Shown here: one piece after another, positions 31,543-42,032 of the stretch
How the letters are laid out: each line of letters starts with the position of its first letter
Numbering within the stretch: position 1 is the first letter of the stretch
NCBI GenBank assembly: GCA_963737905.1
Contig: CAVTUQ010000009.1
Span: forward strand, 215,738-279,737
Source: an uncultured delta proteobacterium
Lineage (GTDB): Bacteria > Desulfobacterota > Binatia > UBA9968
Direction of reading: 5' to 3'
Length of the DNA stretch: 64,000 nt
Notes under the pieces: model-generated
Database searches by the model: none
Seen by the model: only the letters and a program-made list of their open reading frames with translations
What the model was told of the DNA's origin: nothing
Made by a program: the position numbers and the translations under genes

Positions 31543-31611
31543 GTAATTTTTTATACTTGGCGCCCTTTGCGTCTTTGCGCGAGACACGCTTTCCCGTTTC
31601 TCTTTTTCATC

Positions 31612-32247
31612 TTAAAATTTGGGCAGCATCTCGCAGCGGGTCTGTCTCGGTCCCAGGCTTTCATAGTAACGATTTTCTTCCGGGACATAGCGTCCCTGAT
31701 TGAACTCGCCGCCTTTTTGGCTGCGAATAATCACGGCAACCGTGCGTTCGCCGACGGTGATCTCGGTGTGAATCTCATAGGGCTTGACGAGGTCGATCTC
31801 CCCAGGGCCGACGAGCACGTCGCTCGACTCCCGGATTTCGGCGTAGTCAGGCTTCGACCGATCATCGAGCCGGTCGTAACGGACGACCTTCTCGTGCCCG
31901 TCGAGCACGCCGTAGAGTGTGTAAATATGGGCGTGGTCGTGGATGCGCGCGCGCTGGCCCTGGCGTGCTTCGCCTTTGGTCAATCCGTTGATGGCGAAGC
32001 CGTAATCCGGATCCTCGTAAAAAAGCAGATTTTCGGCCCGCCCGTTCGCCGGCACGCAATCCGGCCACTGCTTCGATGCGGCGATGACGTCAGGATCGGC
32101 CAGAAGCTCGGCGAGAATCGGCCGCAAGGTGTTCCAACGCTTGTCGAGGTCGGGTTCTTGAGCGAAGAGCGCACGGGTTTTGCGCACGAAACGCTCCATG
32201 GCATTTTCACTTTGTGTCTGCGACTGAGTTGCGGTTTGGGTTTCCAT
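31612..32247 (-). CDS. Cupin, cysteine-dioxygenase-like protein
   Basis: RIHDHAHIYTLYGVLDGHE, EIHTE; AGGAGG RBS. Confidence 0.78.
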   Translation of the reverse strand: METQTATQSQTQSENAMERFVRKTRALFAQEPDLDKRWNTLRPILAELLADPDVIAASKQWPDCVPANGRAENLLFYEDPDYGFAINGLTKGEARQGQRARIHDHAHIYTLYGVLDGHEKVVRYDRLDDRSKPDYAEIRESSDVLVGPGEIDLVKPYEIHTEITVGERTVAVIIRSQKGGEFNQGRYVPEENRYYESLGPRQTRCEMLPKF

Positions 32248-32258
32248 TTTTCTCCTCC

Positions 32259-33428
32259 TTATTGTTGGATAGGTTGATTGTTCTCTTGGGATGGCTGGGA
32301 GGCCGCTCCGTGCAGCCGTGCATAGAAGCGCGCGCAGTTATCCCAAAGAATCTTGCGCTTGTCGTCGTCGGGTAATTTGAGCTCGAGAAAGCTTTCGACA
32401 GCATGCGGGTATTTGGAGTCGCCGTGGGGATAGTCGGTGGAGAAGACGAGATGGTCGCAGCCGACCTCTTCTATCGTGTAGCGCGCCGGCGCTTCGTCCG
32501 GTTCGACGGAAATCCAGCATTGTCGTTTGAAATAGTCGCTGGGTTTCATAGCGAGATTCGGCATGAAGATATCGCCCTCGCGCTCGTAGCCTTCGTCAAG
32601 GCGCCACAGGAGCCATGGCAGCCACGAACAATTGGCTTCGAGAAAGGCAACTTTCATCTTTGGGTGGTGTTCGAGAATACCGCCGCCCAGAAAAGCACCT
32701 AGGCCCATCATTTGCTCGAAGGGTTGCGCGTAGACGCGCCGGAGACCGAAGTTAGGTTCGAAATGTTCGGCGGCTTGACGCGACCGTGAAGCAGAAGCTT
32801 CATGAAAACCGAGCGGGAGGTTTAACTCTTCGAGCGTATTCCACAGCGGCTCGTAGTAGGGGTCATACCAGTTCTTACCATTGACCAAATTCGAGCGGAG
32901 AAACACGGAGCGAAAGCCATATTCTTCTACGACCCGGTGAGTTTCTTCGACGGCGTCGTGAATGTCGTAAATTGAAATCATCCCCGCGCCAAGGAGGCGG
33001 GAGGGGTCGCTTCGGCAAAAGTCATGAAGCCAGTCGTTGTACGCGCGCGCCAGAGCCGCGGCGAAGCGCGGATCGTGGTCGGGATAGGTAAGGACGCCCA
33101 GTCCCCGCGTGGGAAACAGCACCGCAACGTCAATGCCCTCCGTGTCCATCGCCTCGAGTTGGACTTCGCCGGTCCAGCCGCGCGCTGCGTGATCGCGGTA
33201 GATGTCTTGGTTCTTTTCGTAGTTGTGACCTTTGTGCGGGGTGCCGCGAGTGCGGAGGGCTGCCGGGTAGGCATTCGGAAAGATCAAGCCAAGGTCGCGG
33301 ACATTCTCGGAGGTTCTGCCGCGTGGAGCATTGGGGCGAAACTCCGGCGCGATATAGCGCTCCCACAGATCGGGTGGCTCCATGATATGCATGTCGCTGT
33401 CAAAGACCTTGAATCCGTTTTTTGCCAT
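32259..33428 (-). CDS. Amidohydrolase_2 family protein
   Basis: FDSDMHIMEP, ARAYNDW, STDYPHGD, ILWDNCARFY. Confidence 0.9.
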   Translation of the reverse strand: MAKNGFKVFDSDMHIMEPPDLWERYIAPEFRPNAPRGRTSENVRDLGLIFPNAYPAALRTRGTPHKGHNYEKNQDIYRDHAARGWTGEVQLEAMDTEGIDVAVLFPTRGLGVLTYPDHDPRFAAALARAYNDWLHDFCRSDPSRLLGAGMISIYDIHDAVEETHRVVEEYGFRSVFLRSNLVNGKNWYDPYYEPLWNTLEELNLPLGFHEASASRSRQAAEHFEPNFGLRRVYAQPFEQMMGLGAFLGGGILEHHPKMKVAFLEANCSWLPWLLWRLDEGYEREGDIFMPNLAMKPSDYFKRQCWISVEPDEAPARYTIEEVGCDHLVFSTDYPHGDSKYPHAVESFLELKLPDDDKRKILWDNCARFYARLHGAASQPSQENNQPIQQ

Positions 33429-33528
33429 GGTCTTCTCCGTTTCCAGCCGGACGGTTCTTCTAAGCTTGAGCGTAATGCGGTCAACCACTGCGTGTCAAGC
33501 TTTCAATCCAGCCGACTGTTGATGTCGG

Positions 33529-34686
33529 CTACGATGATGACAGCAACCGGATGCCGTAGAGCTTTTCAGGGGCCACTGCAAGTTGCCGCCAGCTCTCGCC
33601 GGCATCGTGGCTCGCGTATACCGAACCGTCCGTATAGGCAACACAAATGGTATTAGCATCCTCCGGGTGTATGGCAAAGCCGCAGGTCATGTGAGGATAG
33701 CCCGCGGGCAAACTGCCATTGAGCCGCCGCCAGCTCTTGCCGCCATCGTCGCTGCGCAAAATTTGTGTGTGCGCTCCGCCTGTTTCTTGTGAAGTATCGC
33801 GGCTGAAACGAATGGTGTTGTAGGGTCCGGCGCGAACGGTGCGGTAGCCTTTCCAAGACGTAGGCCCATTCTCGGCCGCGCCGAGAAAGATTCGGTTTGG
33901 CGCGCCAGGATGGATCACAGTCGGAATAGCATAGGCTCGCCCCATTCCGTACTCCGCCTTGGACCAATATCTACCGTTATCATTCGTTATATAGGTGCCG
34001 ATGCCGGTAGTAGCGTACAGTGTGTCGAGTTGGGTAGGATGACGGATGACCAAATGAACGTCGCGGTAAACCCGCCCGTCTTCGTGTTTGCCCATCTGGT
34101 AAGGAAGAATGCCGGCAGGGTCGTTATACTCCGGATAGGCCGTGGCGCTGGATGGGCCGCTGATATCTTCCCAGCTTTCTCCTCGATCTCGGCTGCGCGC
34201 CACGCCGCCCTCTTCGATGCCCACAAGGATTTCGTCCGGAACCCGGGCATCGAGTGTGATGCAGCGAATGTGAGCGGTGTGCGGCGGCGGCGGAAACGTC
34301 CACTTGTTATATTCCGGCAGCTGGCGGAATGCCGACAGCTCGCGAAACGAGCGACCGCCGTTTTCGCTCACATAGACGGCGGCGGGTAGCGTACCCACGT
34401 AAATTTCGTTGGGACGAGTCGGGTGCGCCGCCATGGCCCAGATATCGCGAAAGTCGACGCCGCCGGCAGGCAGCCATTTCCAGTTTTCGCCGCCATCTTC
34501 GCTAACGTGAATCTCGGTTAAGGTAGCCGCGTAGAGGCGCTGGGGATTAGCTGGGTCCTGTGCGACTTCGCGGAGGGTTTCGCCCTCAAGAGCGGTGTTC
34601 ACAAGCTCCGGGCCCTCGGAGCGACCATCCCAGCGGCAGCGAATGAGCTTGTCAGCGGCGAGAAGAAACATCTGCAAAGGTTTCAT
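33529..34686 (-). CDS. BNR/Asp-box repeat beta-propeller protein
   Basis: Repeated SxDGGxxW (SEDGGENW, SRDRGESW, SDDGGKSW, SHDAGESW); AGGAGG RBS. Confidence 0.85.
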   Translation of the reverse strand: MKPLQMFLLAADKLIRCRWDGRSEGPELVNTALEGETLREVAQDPANPQRLYAATLTEIHVSEDGGENWKWLPAGGVDFRDIWAMAAHPTRPNEIYVGTLPAAVYVSENGGRSFRELSAFRQLPEYNKWTFPPPPHTAHIRCITLDARVPDEILVGIEEGGVARSRDRGESWEDISGPSSATAYPEYNDPAGILPYQMGKHEDGRVYRDVHLVIRHPTQLDTLYATTGIGTYITNDNGRYWSKAEYGMGRAYAIPTVIHPGAPNRIFLGAAENGPTSWKGYRTVRAGPYNTIRFSRDTSQETGGAHTQILRSDDGGKSWRRLNGSLPAGYPHMTCGFAIHPEDANTICVAYTDGSVYASHDAGESWRQLAVAPEKLYGIRLLSSS

Positions 34687-34859
34687 GACTATCCTCCTGT
34701 GAACGCTTCACTGAACTGAATTCTAGAAGCGCCCGACTTGTAACCGGTTCTGCGAAATCAAGAAGTATCGGCCAACTATCCGGCATTCAGAAAAATACGG
34801 CAAATCGAGAACGGTCGTCAAGCACGAGTGCGTGCCATTTCCAAGTCCCGCTAACTTTC

Positions 34860-36548
34860 TTACTGAAGCTCTCTTGCTATCCAACCGTCCATCTTTGCTT
34901 CCAGCAAGTCCAGCGGCAGCGCGCCGTCTCTGAGCAGCTCATCGTGGAACCTGCGAATGTCGAACTTGTTTCCGAGCGTGTTCTCGGCCTTGGAGCGAAT
35001 CGCAGAAATCTTGAGCTGGCCGATCTTGTAGGCCAGCGCCTGACCGGGCATGGCGATGTAACGATCAACCTCGTTGACAATGTCCAGTTCCTGTCTGGCT
35101 GTGTTTGCCCGAAAAAAGTCAATCGCCTTCTGACGATCCCAACGCATGTAATGGAGACCCGTATCCACCACCAGACGCACCGCGCGCCACATTTCATAAG
35201 TTAGCCGCCCGAATTTCGAATAGGGATCGTCGTCGAGTCCCATCTCTTCGCCGAGCGACTCGGCGTACAGTCCCCATCCTTCGACAAAGGCCGTGGTGCC
35301 GCCGTGGCGTCTGAAATTTGGCAGCTCTTCCTGTTCCATAGCCAGAGCAATCTGCAAGTGATGTCCCGGCACTGCCTCGTGAAGTGACAGCACCATCATT
35401 TCATACTTGGGTCTCGTCTCCGGTTTGTAAAGGTTCACGAAGTAAGTCCCGGCGCGAGAACCATCGGCGGCGGGCGAGCGATAGTAGGCCGTCGTACTAT
35501 CCGGCGCGATATTTTCCGGAATCGGTTCTATCCCGTAAGGCATGCGAGGCAGAGTTTGGAAAATTTTTACCAGCAGAGGATCGATGCGCTTGCTCAACGC
35601 TCTATAGGCCTGGAGCAATTCTTCCGGTGTCTTGTAGTAAAATTGCGAATCCCTGCGCAAAAACTCGGCGAATTCTTCCATCGATTCATATCCCAGGGTG
35701 TGGATAATCGACTGCAACTCGCCCTGGATGCGCGCCACTTCCCGGAGGCCGATCTCGTGGATCTCCTCAGGCGTCAGGTTCGTCGTCGTGTGCAAGCGGA
35801 CAGCGAAGCGGTACATCTCTTCTCCCTGAGGAAGCTGCCAGAAACCGACCTGATCGGGAGACGCCGGGAGATAATCCTCGACAAAAAATTCTTTGAACCG
35901 GCGAAAACCGGGAACGACATCCGATTGGATGGCGTTCTCCGCGGCGGAAGCCAGCCGCGACCGATCCGTTGCTCCAATTGAGCTGGCAAAATGGCTAAAG
36001 GGTTTGTAGAACGGGCTTTCTTTGGGGTCATTCACGATCTGATGATCGATCTGGGTTGGGATTCGTTCCAAAACAATCTTCGGGAGCATGATCTGTTGCT
36101 TGATACCCTCGCGCATGAGTGCGATTGTCTGCTCGATGTACGCGGGGAGCGCGCGCAGCCGCGCCAGCCAAGCGTCGTAGTCCTTGAGGGTCTCGAAGCG
36201 CAGCGCATCAGCCAGCTCATCGGCGGTCTGGACTCCGCCGAGTTGATTGAGGGGTAACAGGTGCCACCGATATCGGTGTTCTTCGACTTCGTTCTGGTAA
36301 TCTTTCTGGAAAAGATCGTAATTTATGCGGTCGGAAGGCGAAAGGTCCTCGCGGTTAATGGACTGAAGCCTGGTCAAAACTTCGATATAATGTCTGTGAT
36401 GTTTTTCGATGGCATCAAAACTTCGATCTTCCCAGCGGTCGTTCCAGCGACGATCTCCTAGTCTGGATGCCCAGGTCGGGTATTGCTCCAGCTGGTAGTC
36501 CCATTCCGACACGAATAAATCATGCAGCGCTTTCGCAGCTTCGTTCAA
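34860..36548 (-). CDS. DUF885 family protein (no signal peptide)
   Basis: HEAVPGHHLQ, FVEGWGLYAESLG, EVDRYIAMPGQALAYKIG; GAGGAGG RBS. Confidence 0.9.
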   Translation of the reverse strand: MNEAAKALHDLFVSEWDYQLEQYPTWASRLGDRRWNDRWEDRSFDAIEKHHRHYIEVLTRLQSINREDLSPSDRINYDLFQKDYQNEVEEHRYRWHLLPLNQLGGVQTADELADALRFETLKDYDAWLARLRALPAYIEQTIALMREGIKQQIMLPKIVLERIPTQIDHQIVNDPKESPFYKPFSHFASSIGATDRSRLASAAENAIQSDVVPGFRRFKEFFVEDYLPASPDQVGFWQLPQGEEMYRFAVRLHTTTNLTPEEIHEIGLREVARIQGELQSIIHTLGYESMEEFAEFLRRDSQFYYKTPEELLQAYRALSKRIDPLLVKIFQTLPRMPYGIEPIPENIAPDSTTAYYRSPAADGSRAGTYFVNLYKPETRPKYEMMVLSLHEAVPGHHLQIALAMEQEELPNFRRHGGTTAFVEGWGLYAESLGEEMGLDDDPYSKFGRLTYEMWRAVRLVVDTGLHYMRWDRQKAIDFFRANTARQELDIVNEVDRYIAMPGQALAYKIGQLKISAIRSKAENTLGNKFDIRRFHDELLRDGALPLDLLEAKMDGWIARELQ

Positions 36549-36588
36549 AGGACCCTCCTCAGTTCGGTGATCTTTGGCCGCTCGGAGA

Positions 36589-38385
36589 TCAGCGTTGTTG
36601 ACTCTCTATCCATACATCCATTTTGGTTTCCAGCAGATCGAGCTGCATCGCGCCGTCTTTCAGAATCTCGTCATGGAAGGCGCGGAGGTCGAACTTGGCG
36701 CCCAATGTCTTTTCTGCTTTCGATCGAATGGCAGAAATTTTTAGTTGTCCGATTTTGTAGGAGAGAGCTTGGGCCGGCCACGCGATGTAACGATCGATCT
36801 CCAAACTTGCGCCCGCTTCGCTGGCTCCTGTGGTCTCTCTCATAAACTTCAGCGCCTGGTCTCTCGACCAATGTTTGCGGTGCAGCCCCACATCCACCAC
36901 CAAGCGCACGGCGCGGAATAATTCGGAATTCAAGCGGCTGAAATACTGATAAGGCTCATTGTAAAGTCCAAGCTCCTCGCCAAGGCTCTCGGCGTAAAGC
37001 GCCCAACCTTCTATAAAAGCGTTGTAGTTGACGAAACGCCTGAAACGAGGCAGCCGTTCTTCCTCTCGCTGTATTGATATTTGAAAGTGGTGACCGGGGA
37101 CACTTTCGTGGAGAAACAACGACTCTGAAGGTCGCCTTGGGTTCATCTCGATGCCGGACGCGTTAACGTAAAAAATTCCCGGACGGGATCCATCGGGACT
37201 TGCGGGTTGATACTGTGACGGTGACGATTTTTCGCGGAACTGTTCCACCGTGCGGATTTCAAACGGCGCTTTCGGGAGGCGGCCAAAGAGTTTTGTCAGT
37301 CGCGGCGTCACTTTTTGTTGGATGGCTTCGTATCCCTTGATGAGTTCGTCCCGGCTTGTGACGCCGGGAGGCGCATTCTTGGCGAGATAGCGGGAGAACT
37401 CTTGCAGGCTGCCCTGAAAGCCGCTTGCGACGCGCATCCTCTCCATCTCTTTCTTGATTCTTTGGATCTCGTCCATTCCCATTTGGTAGATTTCTTCCGG
37501 AGTCAAGTCAGTGGTGGTCCGAGCCTTGACCAGTTGCCCGTACCAGGCGTTCCCATTCGGTAGACTGGAGAGGCCGAACGTTACTCGGGTTTTCGGAAGA
37601 TACTCGTCTTGGACAAAGCCGCTCAGCTTTCGGTACGTCGGCACGATCCGTTGCTCGATGGCTTCCCTATAGGCGCGCGTAAGCCGTGCCTTCTCGGATT
37701 CGCTGAAGTCCTGCGGCATCTGCAGGATCGGTCGAAAAAACAGGCTCTGCTCGGGCTCGCGGACGATCATCGCGTTCAGTTGGGGTAAAGTTCTTTCTAC
37801 GACGACCTTGGGTTGCACTATGCCGAGCTCCACACCCTTCCGCATGTTTGTGATCGCCGTGTCCACCCAAACCTGAAATGCGTCGATGCGTTTTAGAAAA
37901 TTATCGTAATCCGTGACGCTCTTGAATGGATGGACCCCGTTGCCTGAACCCATGACCGGAAAATCGACCGGCATGCTGTTCAACTGGCGCACCGGCTGGA
38001 GATGCTGGTTAAACTGCAATACTTCGAGGTTCATCGTCAACGTGCGCTCGAAAACAGCCAAGATGAGCTGGTCGTCTGCTTTGAGCCGGTCTCTTGGGAT
38101 TGCGGTTATTTTCTTCTGGTAGTGGCGGTAAAGGGTCCGCCGTCGCTCGCGCTGCTCTTCACTGATGATGATCCCAAGCTGATCGTTGTAACGGTTGTCG
38201 CCGATGGAGGTAGCAAACAAGGGTGCCAGCTTCAGGAATTCTTCGAAGTAGTCGTCTAAGATCTGTCGCAGCTGTTGGGATTCGGTAGAAAGTTGGCTGC
38301 CGCGTTGCGGTGTAGTGAACCGCGCATCGGCCGTGCAGCCGAGCAGGGCTAAAGACAGGAGCAGAAGCCGTAGTTGAGGTTTCAT
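36589..38385 (-). CDS. DUF885 family lipoprotein
   Basis: Lipobox LLGC; HESVPGHHFQ, EGWALYAE, EIDRYIAWPAQALSYKIG. Confidence 0.9.
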   Translation of the reverse strand: MKPQLRLLLLSLALLGCTADARFTTPQRGSQLSTESQQLRQILDDYFEEFLKLAPLFATSIGDNRYNDQLGIIISEEQRERRRTLYRHYQKKITAIPRDRLKADDQLILAVFERTLTMNLEVLQFNQHLQPVRQLNSMPVDFPVMGSGNGVHPFKSVTDYDNFLKRIDAFQVWVDTAITNMRKGVELGIVQPKVVVERTLPQLNAMIVREPEQSLFFRPILQMPQDFSESEKARLTRAYREAIEQRIVPTYRKLSGFVQDEYLPKTRVTFGLSSLPNGNAWYGQLVKARTTTDLTPEEIYQMGMDEIQRIKKEMERMRVASGFQGSLQEFSRYLAKNAPPGVTSRDELIKGYEAIQQKVTPRLTKLFGRLPKAPFEIRTVEQFREKSSPSQYQPASPDGSRPGIFYVNASGIEMNPRRPSESLFLHESVPGHHFQISIQREEERLPRFRRFVNYNAFIEGWALYAESLGEELGLYNEPYQYFSRLNSELFRAVRLVVDVGLHRKHWSRDQALKFMRETTGASEAGASLEIDRYIAWPAQALSYKIGQLKISAIRSKAEKTLGAKFDLRAFHDEILKDGAMQLDLLETKMDVWIESQQR

Positions 38386-38442
38386 AGTTGGCTGTGGTTG
38401 ATCCACGTTGGGTGATTTAAGCTTGATCTCGTTGCCCTCTCC

Positions 38443-39759
38443 CTAGCGAACACTCAGAACTGCTTCGCCGCGCAGCACAACCATTCTTTGGGTCCATGGT
38501 TTAATCAGAAGAATATTCAAGAACGTCGCTACTGAAAGAACCGCAAATAGTCCCCAGAGCACAAATGCGTAGCTTTCCGTCCGATCGTAGACTGCGCCGG
38601 CAAAGACGGGGCCGGCGAAGCTGCCCCACATGTAAAAGAAGCTCATCATTCCGCGAATCGTCGCGAAATAGCGCCGGCCGTAGAAGTCGCCTACCGTTGC
38701 CCAGACAACCGGAAACGATGCGTCAAGAAAGGTAAAGACGGTGGTGAATAACCAGAGTTGCCATACCGCCGCGCTGCTGCCAATGAGAGGGAGCACGGCG
38801 ACGGCGCACAGGACGTGGCACGCGGACATGAGGCCGGGCTTGTTCACTCTGTCGGCGATCCAGCCGATAATAAAATGGGCGACCATGTTGATAAAAGCGA
38901 AGGCGCCCAACAAGAAGGCGGATTCCTCTTCGCTTAGGCCTTTCCAAACCATGAGCGGGACGAAGTGCACGGTCACGGTGCTGTAAGCGGCAACCCGTGT
39001 CATCATGGAAATCACGAGCACCCAGAAAACAATGGTTCTCATGGCCTGGCCTGCGGTGAAATCTCTGTCACTGGGGTTATTGGCGAAGTTCATATTCTTG
39101 GACGCATCATCCCCGGAAGCATCGCATGGCAGATCGCCGTCAGGCAGAAGGCCCATGCTTTCCGGAGAACGACGCACGCGCAGACTCAAGGGTACACAGA
39201 CCAGGAGAAACGTGCAGCCGGAAAAAAACGCCGCCCAACGCCACCCCATGGAACTTATCCCGAAGGCGAGCACCGGCGAGATCAAAGCGCCTCCTACGGG
39301 CACGGCGGCGCTGACCACCGTCATGGCGCGCGCCCGCTGGCGGATGAACCAGCTATTGGCCACGACCATCGGCGAGTGGACGAAGCCGGCGACGAAGGCG
39401 AGGGAGATAACGCCGAGGTAAACGATCAGGAAGCTCGCGTAACTATTGACCCATGAAAGAAGAATGTAGCCGATGCCAGCCAGCAAGGCGGCTGCGACGA
39501 TGACCGGCCGGGGCCCGAAGCGGTCGACGAGGTAACCGACCAGCGGCGCCTCGATGGCTCCCTGGGCTCTGGAGAGGGAAAAGGCGAGGGAGGTGGCCGC
39601 CCGGCTCAAACCTAGATCCTGGCTGATAGGAAGAAAAAAAACTGTAAAGCCGTATTGATGCAGGCCGCCGCCCACGACACGAATAGCGGAAACCAAACTC
39701 ACCATGCGCCAGCCGTAGAAGATGCGCGAGAGAAAGAGAGTGATGAAAGGCCAACTCAT
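38443..39759 (-). CDS. MFS transporter
   Basis: FYGW, GYLVDRFGPR, GDFYGRRYFATIRG; about 12 TM segments. Confidence 0.9.
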   Translation of the reverse strand: MSWPFITLFLSRIFYGWRMVSLVSAIRVVGGGLHQYGFTVFFLPISQDLGLSRAATSLAFSLSRAQGAIEAPLVGYLVDRFGPRPVIVAAALLAGIGYILLSWVNSYASFLIVYLGVISLAFVAGFVHSPMVVANSWFIRQRARAMTVVSAAVPVGGALISPVLAFGISSMGWRWAAFFSGCTFLLVCVPLSLRVRRSPESMGLLPDGDLPCDASGDDASKNMNFANNPSDRDFTAGQAMRTIVFWVLVISMMTRVAAYSTVTVHFVPLMVWKGLSEEESAFLLGAFAFINMVAHFIIGWIADRVNKPGLMSACHVLCAVAVLPLIGSSAAVWQLWLFTTVFTFLDASFPVVWATVGDFYGRRYFATIRGMMSFFYMWGSFAGPVFAGAVYDRTESYAFVLWGLFAVLSVATFLNILLIKPWTQRMVVLRGEAVLSVR

Positions 39760-39951
39760 GAGAGCAGAAGCCGGTGATCGCGCCGACGTTACGTGAAACA
39801 GGAGGGGGCGTCAAGCACTGCGGACGAACTCCTGTCGCACAAAACCGTCATTCAGTCTTGACCGTTGCGAGCGCTGTATAATACAAAACGAAGGAGGCTC
39901 AGGTGTGCCATCACGCATGAAGCAAAGCTTTTTACGGAGGAACTCAATATC

Positions 39952-41046
39952 ATGATCGCACCGAATTTGAAGAAGGCGCAGAACGAGTTGGGCGCGGAGA
40001 CGACCTACCAATTATTTTTGGAACGGGAGGGAGTGCCGGCAATCCGGGCGTTCCATATCGAGGATATCCGCCAAGTAGAGCTTCATCCGTGGCCGCGCAT
40101 GGGAGGACGAGGTGTTTATCTCAACTTGGAAGGCACGGAAGGCGTCAACGATTGCTATATCTGCGAGATACCACCGGGAAAATCCCTTGAAGCACAGAAG
40201 CACCTGTTCGAGGAGATGATTTTTGTCATCGGCGGCCGCGGCGCGACAACCGTCTGGCACGACGGAGGGAAGAAGCAGACCTTCGAGTGGGGCGAGGGAG
40301 CGCTCTTTTCACCGCCGCTCAATACCTGGTATCAGCACTTCAACGGCCAGGGAGACAAACCCGTCCGGTTACTGGCCATGACCAACGCCCCGACCATTTT
40401 GAATCTCTTTCACAACATCGATTTCGTCTTCAAGTGCGACTATCCGTTCACCGATCGCTACGGCGGCGAAGAGGACTTTTTCAGCGGCAAGGTGAAAGTG
40501 CCGGCCGAAGGATTCTCGGACACGAATTTCATCCGCGACGTGGGGAGCTTCGAGCTTGTGGAGAGAAAGAACCGGGGTGCGGGCGGCAGGATGATCATGA
40601 TCGAGATGGCCAACAATGTTATGTCCGCTCATATCTCTCAGTTTCCTGTGGGAACCTACAAGAAAGCTCACCGTCATGGCGCCGGAGCGCACGTGATCAT
40701 TCTCAAGGGGGAGGGCTTTTCCGTGATGTGGCGGGAAGGCGAAGACCTTAAAAGATACGACTGGCGCGCCGGCAGTCTGCTGGTTCCACCCGAGCGCTGG
40801 TTTCACCAGCACTTCAACATCGGTGCCGAGCCGGCCCGGTATCTGGCGCTCAAGCCCTTTAGCAGCAGAAAATTTCCCGGCCTGAGAAAACAGTGGGGCA
40901 CGTCCGAGAGCGTGAAAACAGGCGGAGATCAGATCGAGTACGAAGACGAAGATCCACGGATTCGGCGAATGTTTGAAGACGAATTGGCGAAACGTGGCGT
41001 CTCCAGTCAAATGGATGGCACGTCCACCGTGGCGATGCGGGCTTGA
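39952..41046 (+). CDS. Bicupin protein (gentisate-dioxygenase-like fold)
   Basis: QKHLFEEM..WYQHFN and KAHRHG..WFHQHFN; GGAGG RBS. Confidence 0.85.
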   Translation: MIAPNLKKAQNELGAETTYQLFLEREGVPAIRAFHIEDIRQVELHPWPRMGGRGVYLNLEGTEGVNDCYICEIPPGKSLEAQKHLFEEMIFVIGGRGATTVWHDGGKKQTFEWGEGALFSPPLNTWYQHFNGQGDKPVRLLAMTNAPTILNLFHNIDFVFKCDYPFTDRYGGEEDFFSGKVKVPAEGFSDTNFIRDVGSFELVERKNRGAGGRMIMIEMANNVMSAHISQFPVGTYKKAHRHGAGAHVIILKGEGFSVMWREGEDLKRYDWRAGSLLVPPERWFHQHFNIGAEPARYLALKPFSSRKFPGLRKQWGTSESVKTGGDQIEYEDEDPRIRRMFEDELAKRGVSSQMDGTSTVAMRA

Positions 41047-41054
41047 GAGTGGTT

Positions 41055-42017
41055 ATGAGAAAGCTCGGCTGCATTTTACTGACGCTATCGGTGCTTGGAA
41101 TAACCGGCGGCTTCGTCGAAGGTGCCGACAAGGTGCGCATCTCGGTAACGAATCCCAATATGTCTTTTCTTCCGGCAGGAGTCGCTTTGAAAAAAGGGTT
41201 TTTCAAAGACGAAGGCCTGGAAGCAGAGATCATTCGCATGAACGTGCCCAATATCATAACCGCCCTTGTGACCGGGGATATTGGCTACACTCTGATCTTT
41301 GGCTCGGTCGTCCGGGGCGCGCTGCGAGGGATGCCCATGCGCGCTCTCGCGAGTCTCCTGGACGGTTCAACCCACGCCTTGGTTGCCAAGCCGGAATACA
41401 AATCAGGCAAAGAGCTGAAGGGCAAAATCGTCGGGATCGGGAACTTTGGCGGCACAGACGAAGTGGCGGGTCGCATGATGCTGAAATCGTTTGGCCTAGA
41501 TACGGAGAGAGATCTCAAGTTCATTGCCCTCGGGCCGGACCGAGCGCGCCTCGCCGCGTTAAAGGAAGGTCTGGTGGATGTAGCGGTGATTGCCCCGCCC
41601 GGCGACGTCCTAGGACGGCAAATGGGATTTAACGTGCTTCTAAGAGCCTATGAGGTTTTTAGTTTTCCTTTCATCGGCATCGGTGCCAATCTCAAAACGA
41701 TCAGGGAAAAACCGGAAGAGGTTAAGAAAGTCGTAAAGGCCTTGGTGCGGGCAAACCGTTTCATCCGGGAGGACAAGGAAGGCGCCGTGAGGATTTTGAT
41801 GGAATGGGGAAAGGTGGAACGTGAGCATGCTGCGGCCTCCTACGATTCTACTTGGAAAGTTTTTAGCCCGGATGGAAATATTCCCCAGGAAGGTCTGCGC
41901 CTTGTGGTCGAGCAAGCCAAGGCTGAGCTCAAGCTGAATCGAGATGTCGCGTTAGATGAAATTGTCGAGTCCGCGCCTCTGCGCCAAGCGCAAAGGGAAT
42001 TGGGAATCAGGAAATAG
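41055..42017 (+). CDS. ABC substrate-binding protein, NMT1/SsuA/THI5-like
   Basis: GFFKDEGLE, ELKGKIVGI, RLAALKEG. Confidence 0.88.
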   Translation: MRKLGCILLTLSVLGITGGFVEGADKVRISVTNPNMSFLPAGVALKKGFFKDEGLEAEIIRMNVPNIITALVTGDIGYTLIFGSVVRGALRGMPMRALASLLDGSTHALVAKPEYKSGKELKGKIVGIGNFGGTDEVAGRMMLKSFGLDTERDLKFIALGPDRARLAALKEGLVDVAVIAPPGDVLGRQMGFNVLLRAYEVFSFPFIGIGANLKTIREKPEEVKKVVKALVRANRFIREDKEGAVRILMEWGKVEREHAAASYDSTWKVFSPDGNIPQEGLRLVVEQAKAELKLNRDVALDEIVESAPLRQAQRELGIRK

Positions 42018-42032
42018 CGTAAGGAGGCGAAT

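Noticed and set aside
34821-34837. Sigma-54-like TGGCACG...TGC on the minus strand
   Set aside because: GG to GC spacing is 11 nt, not 10.
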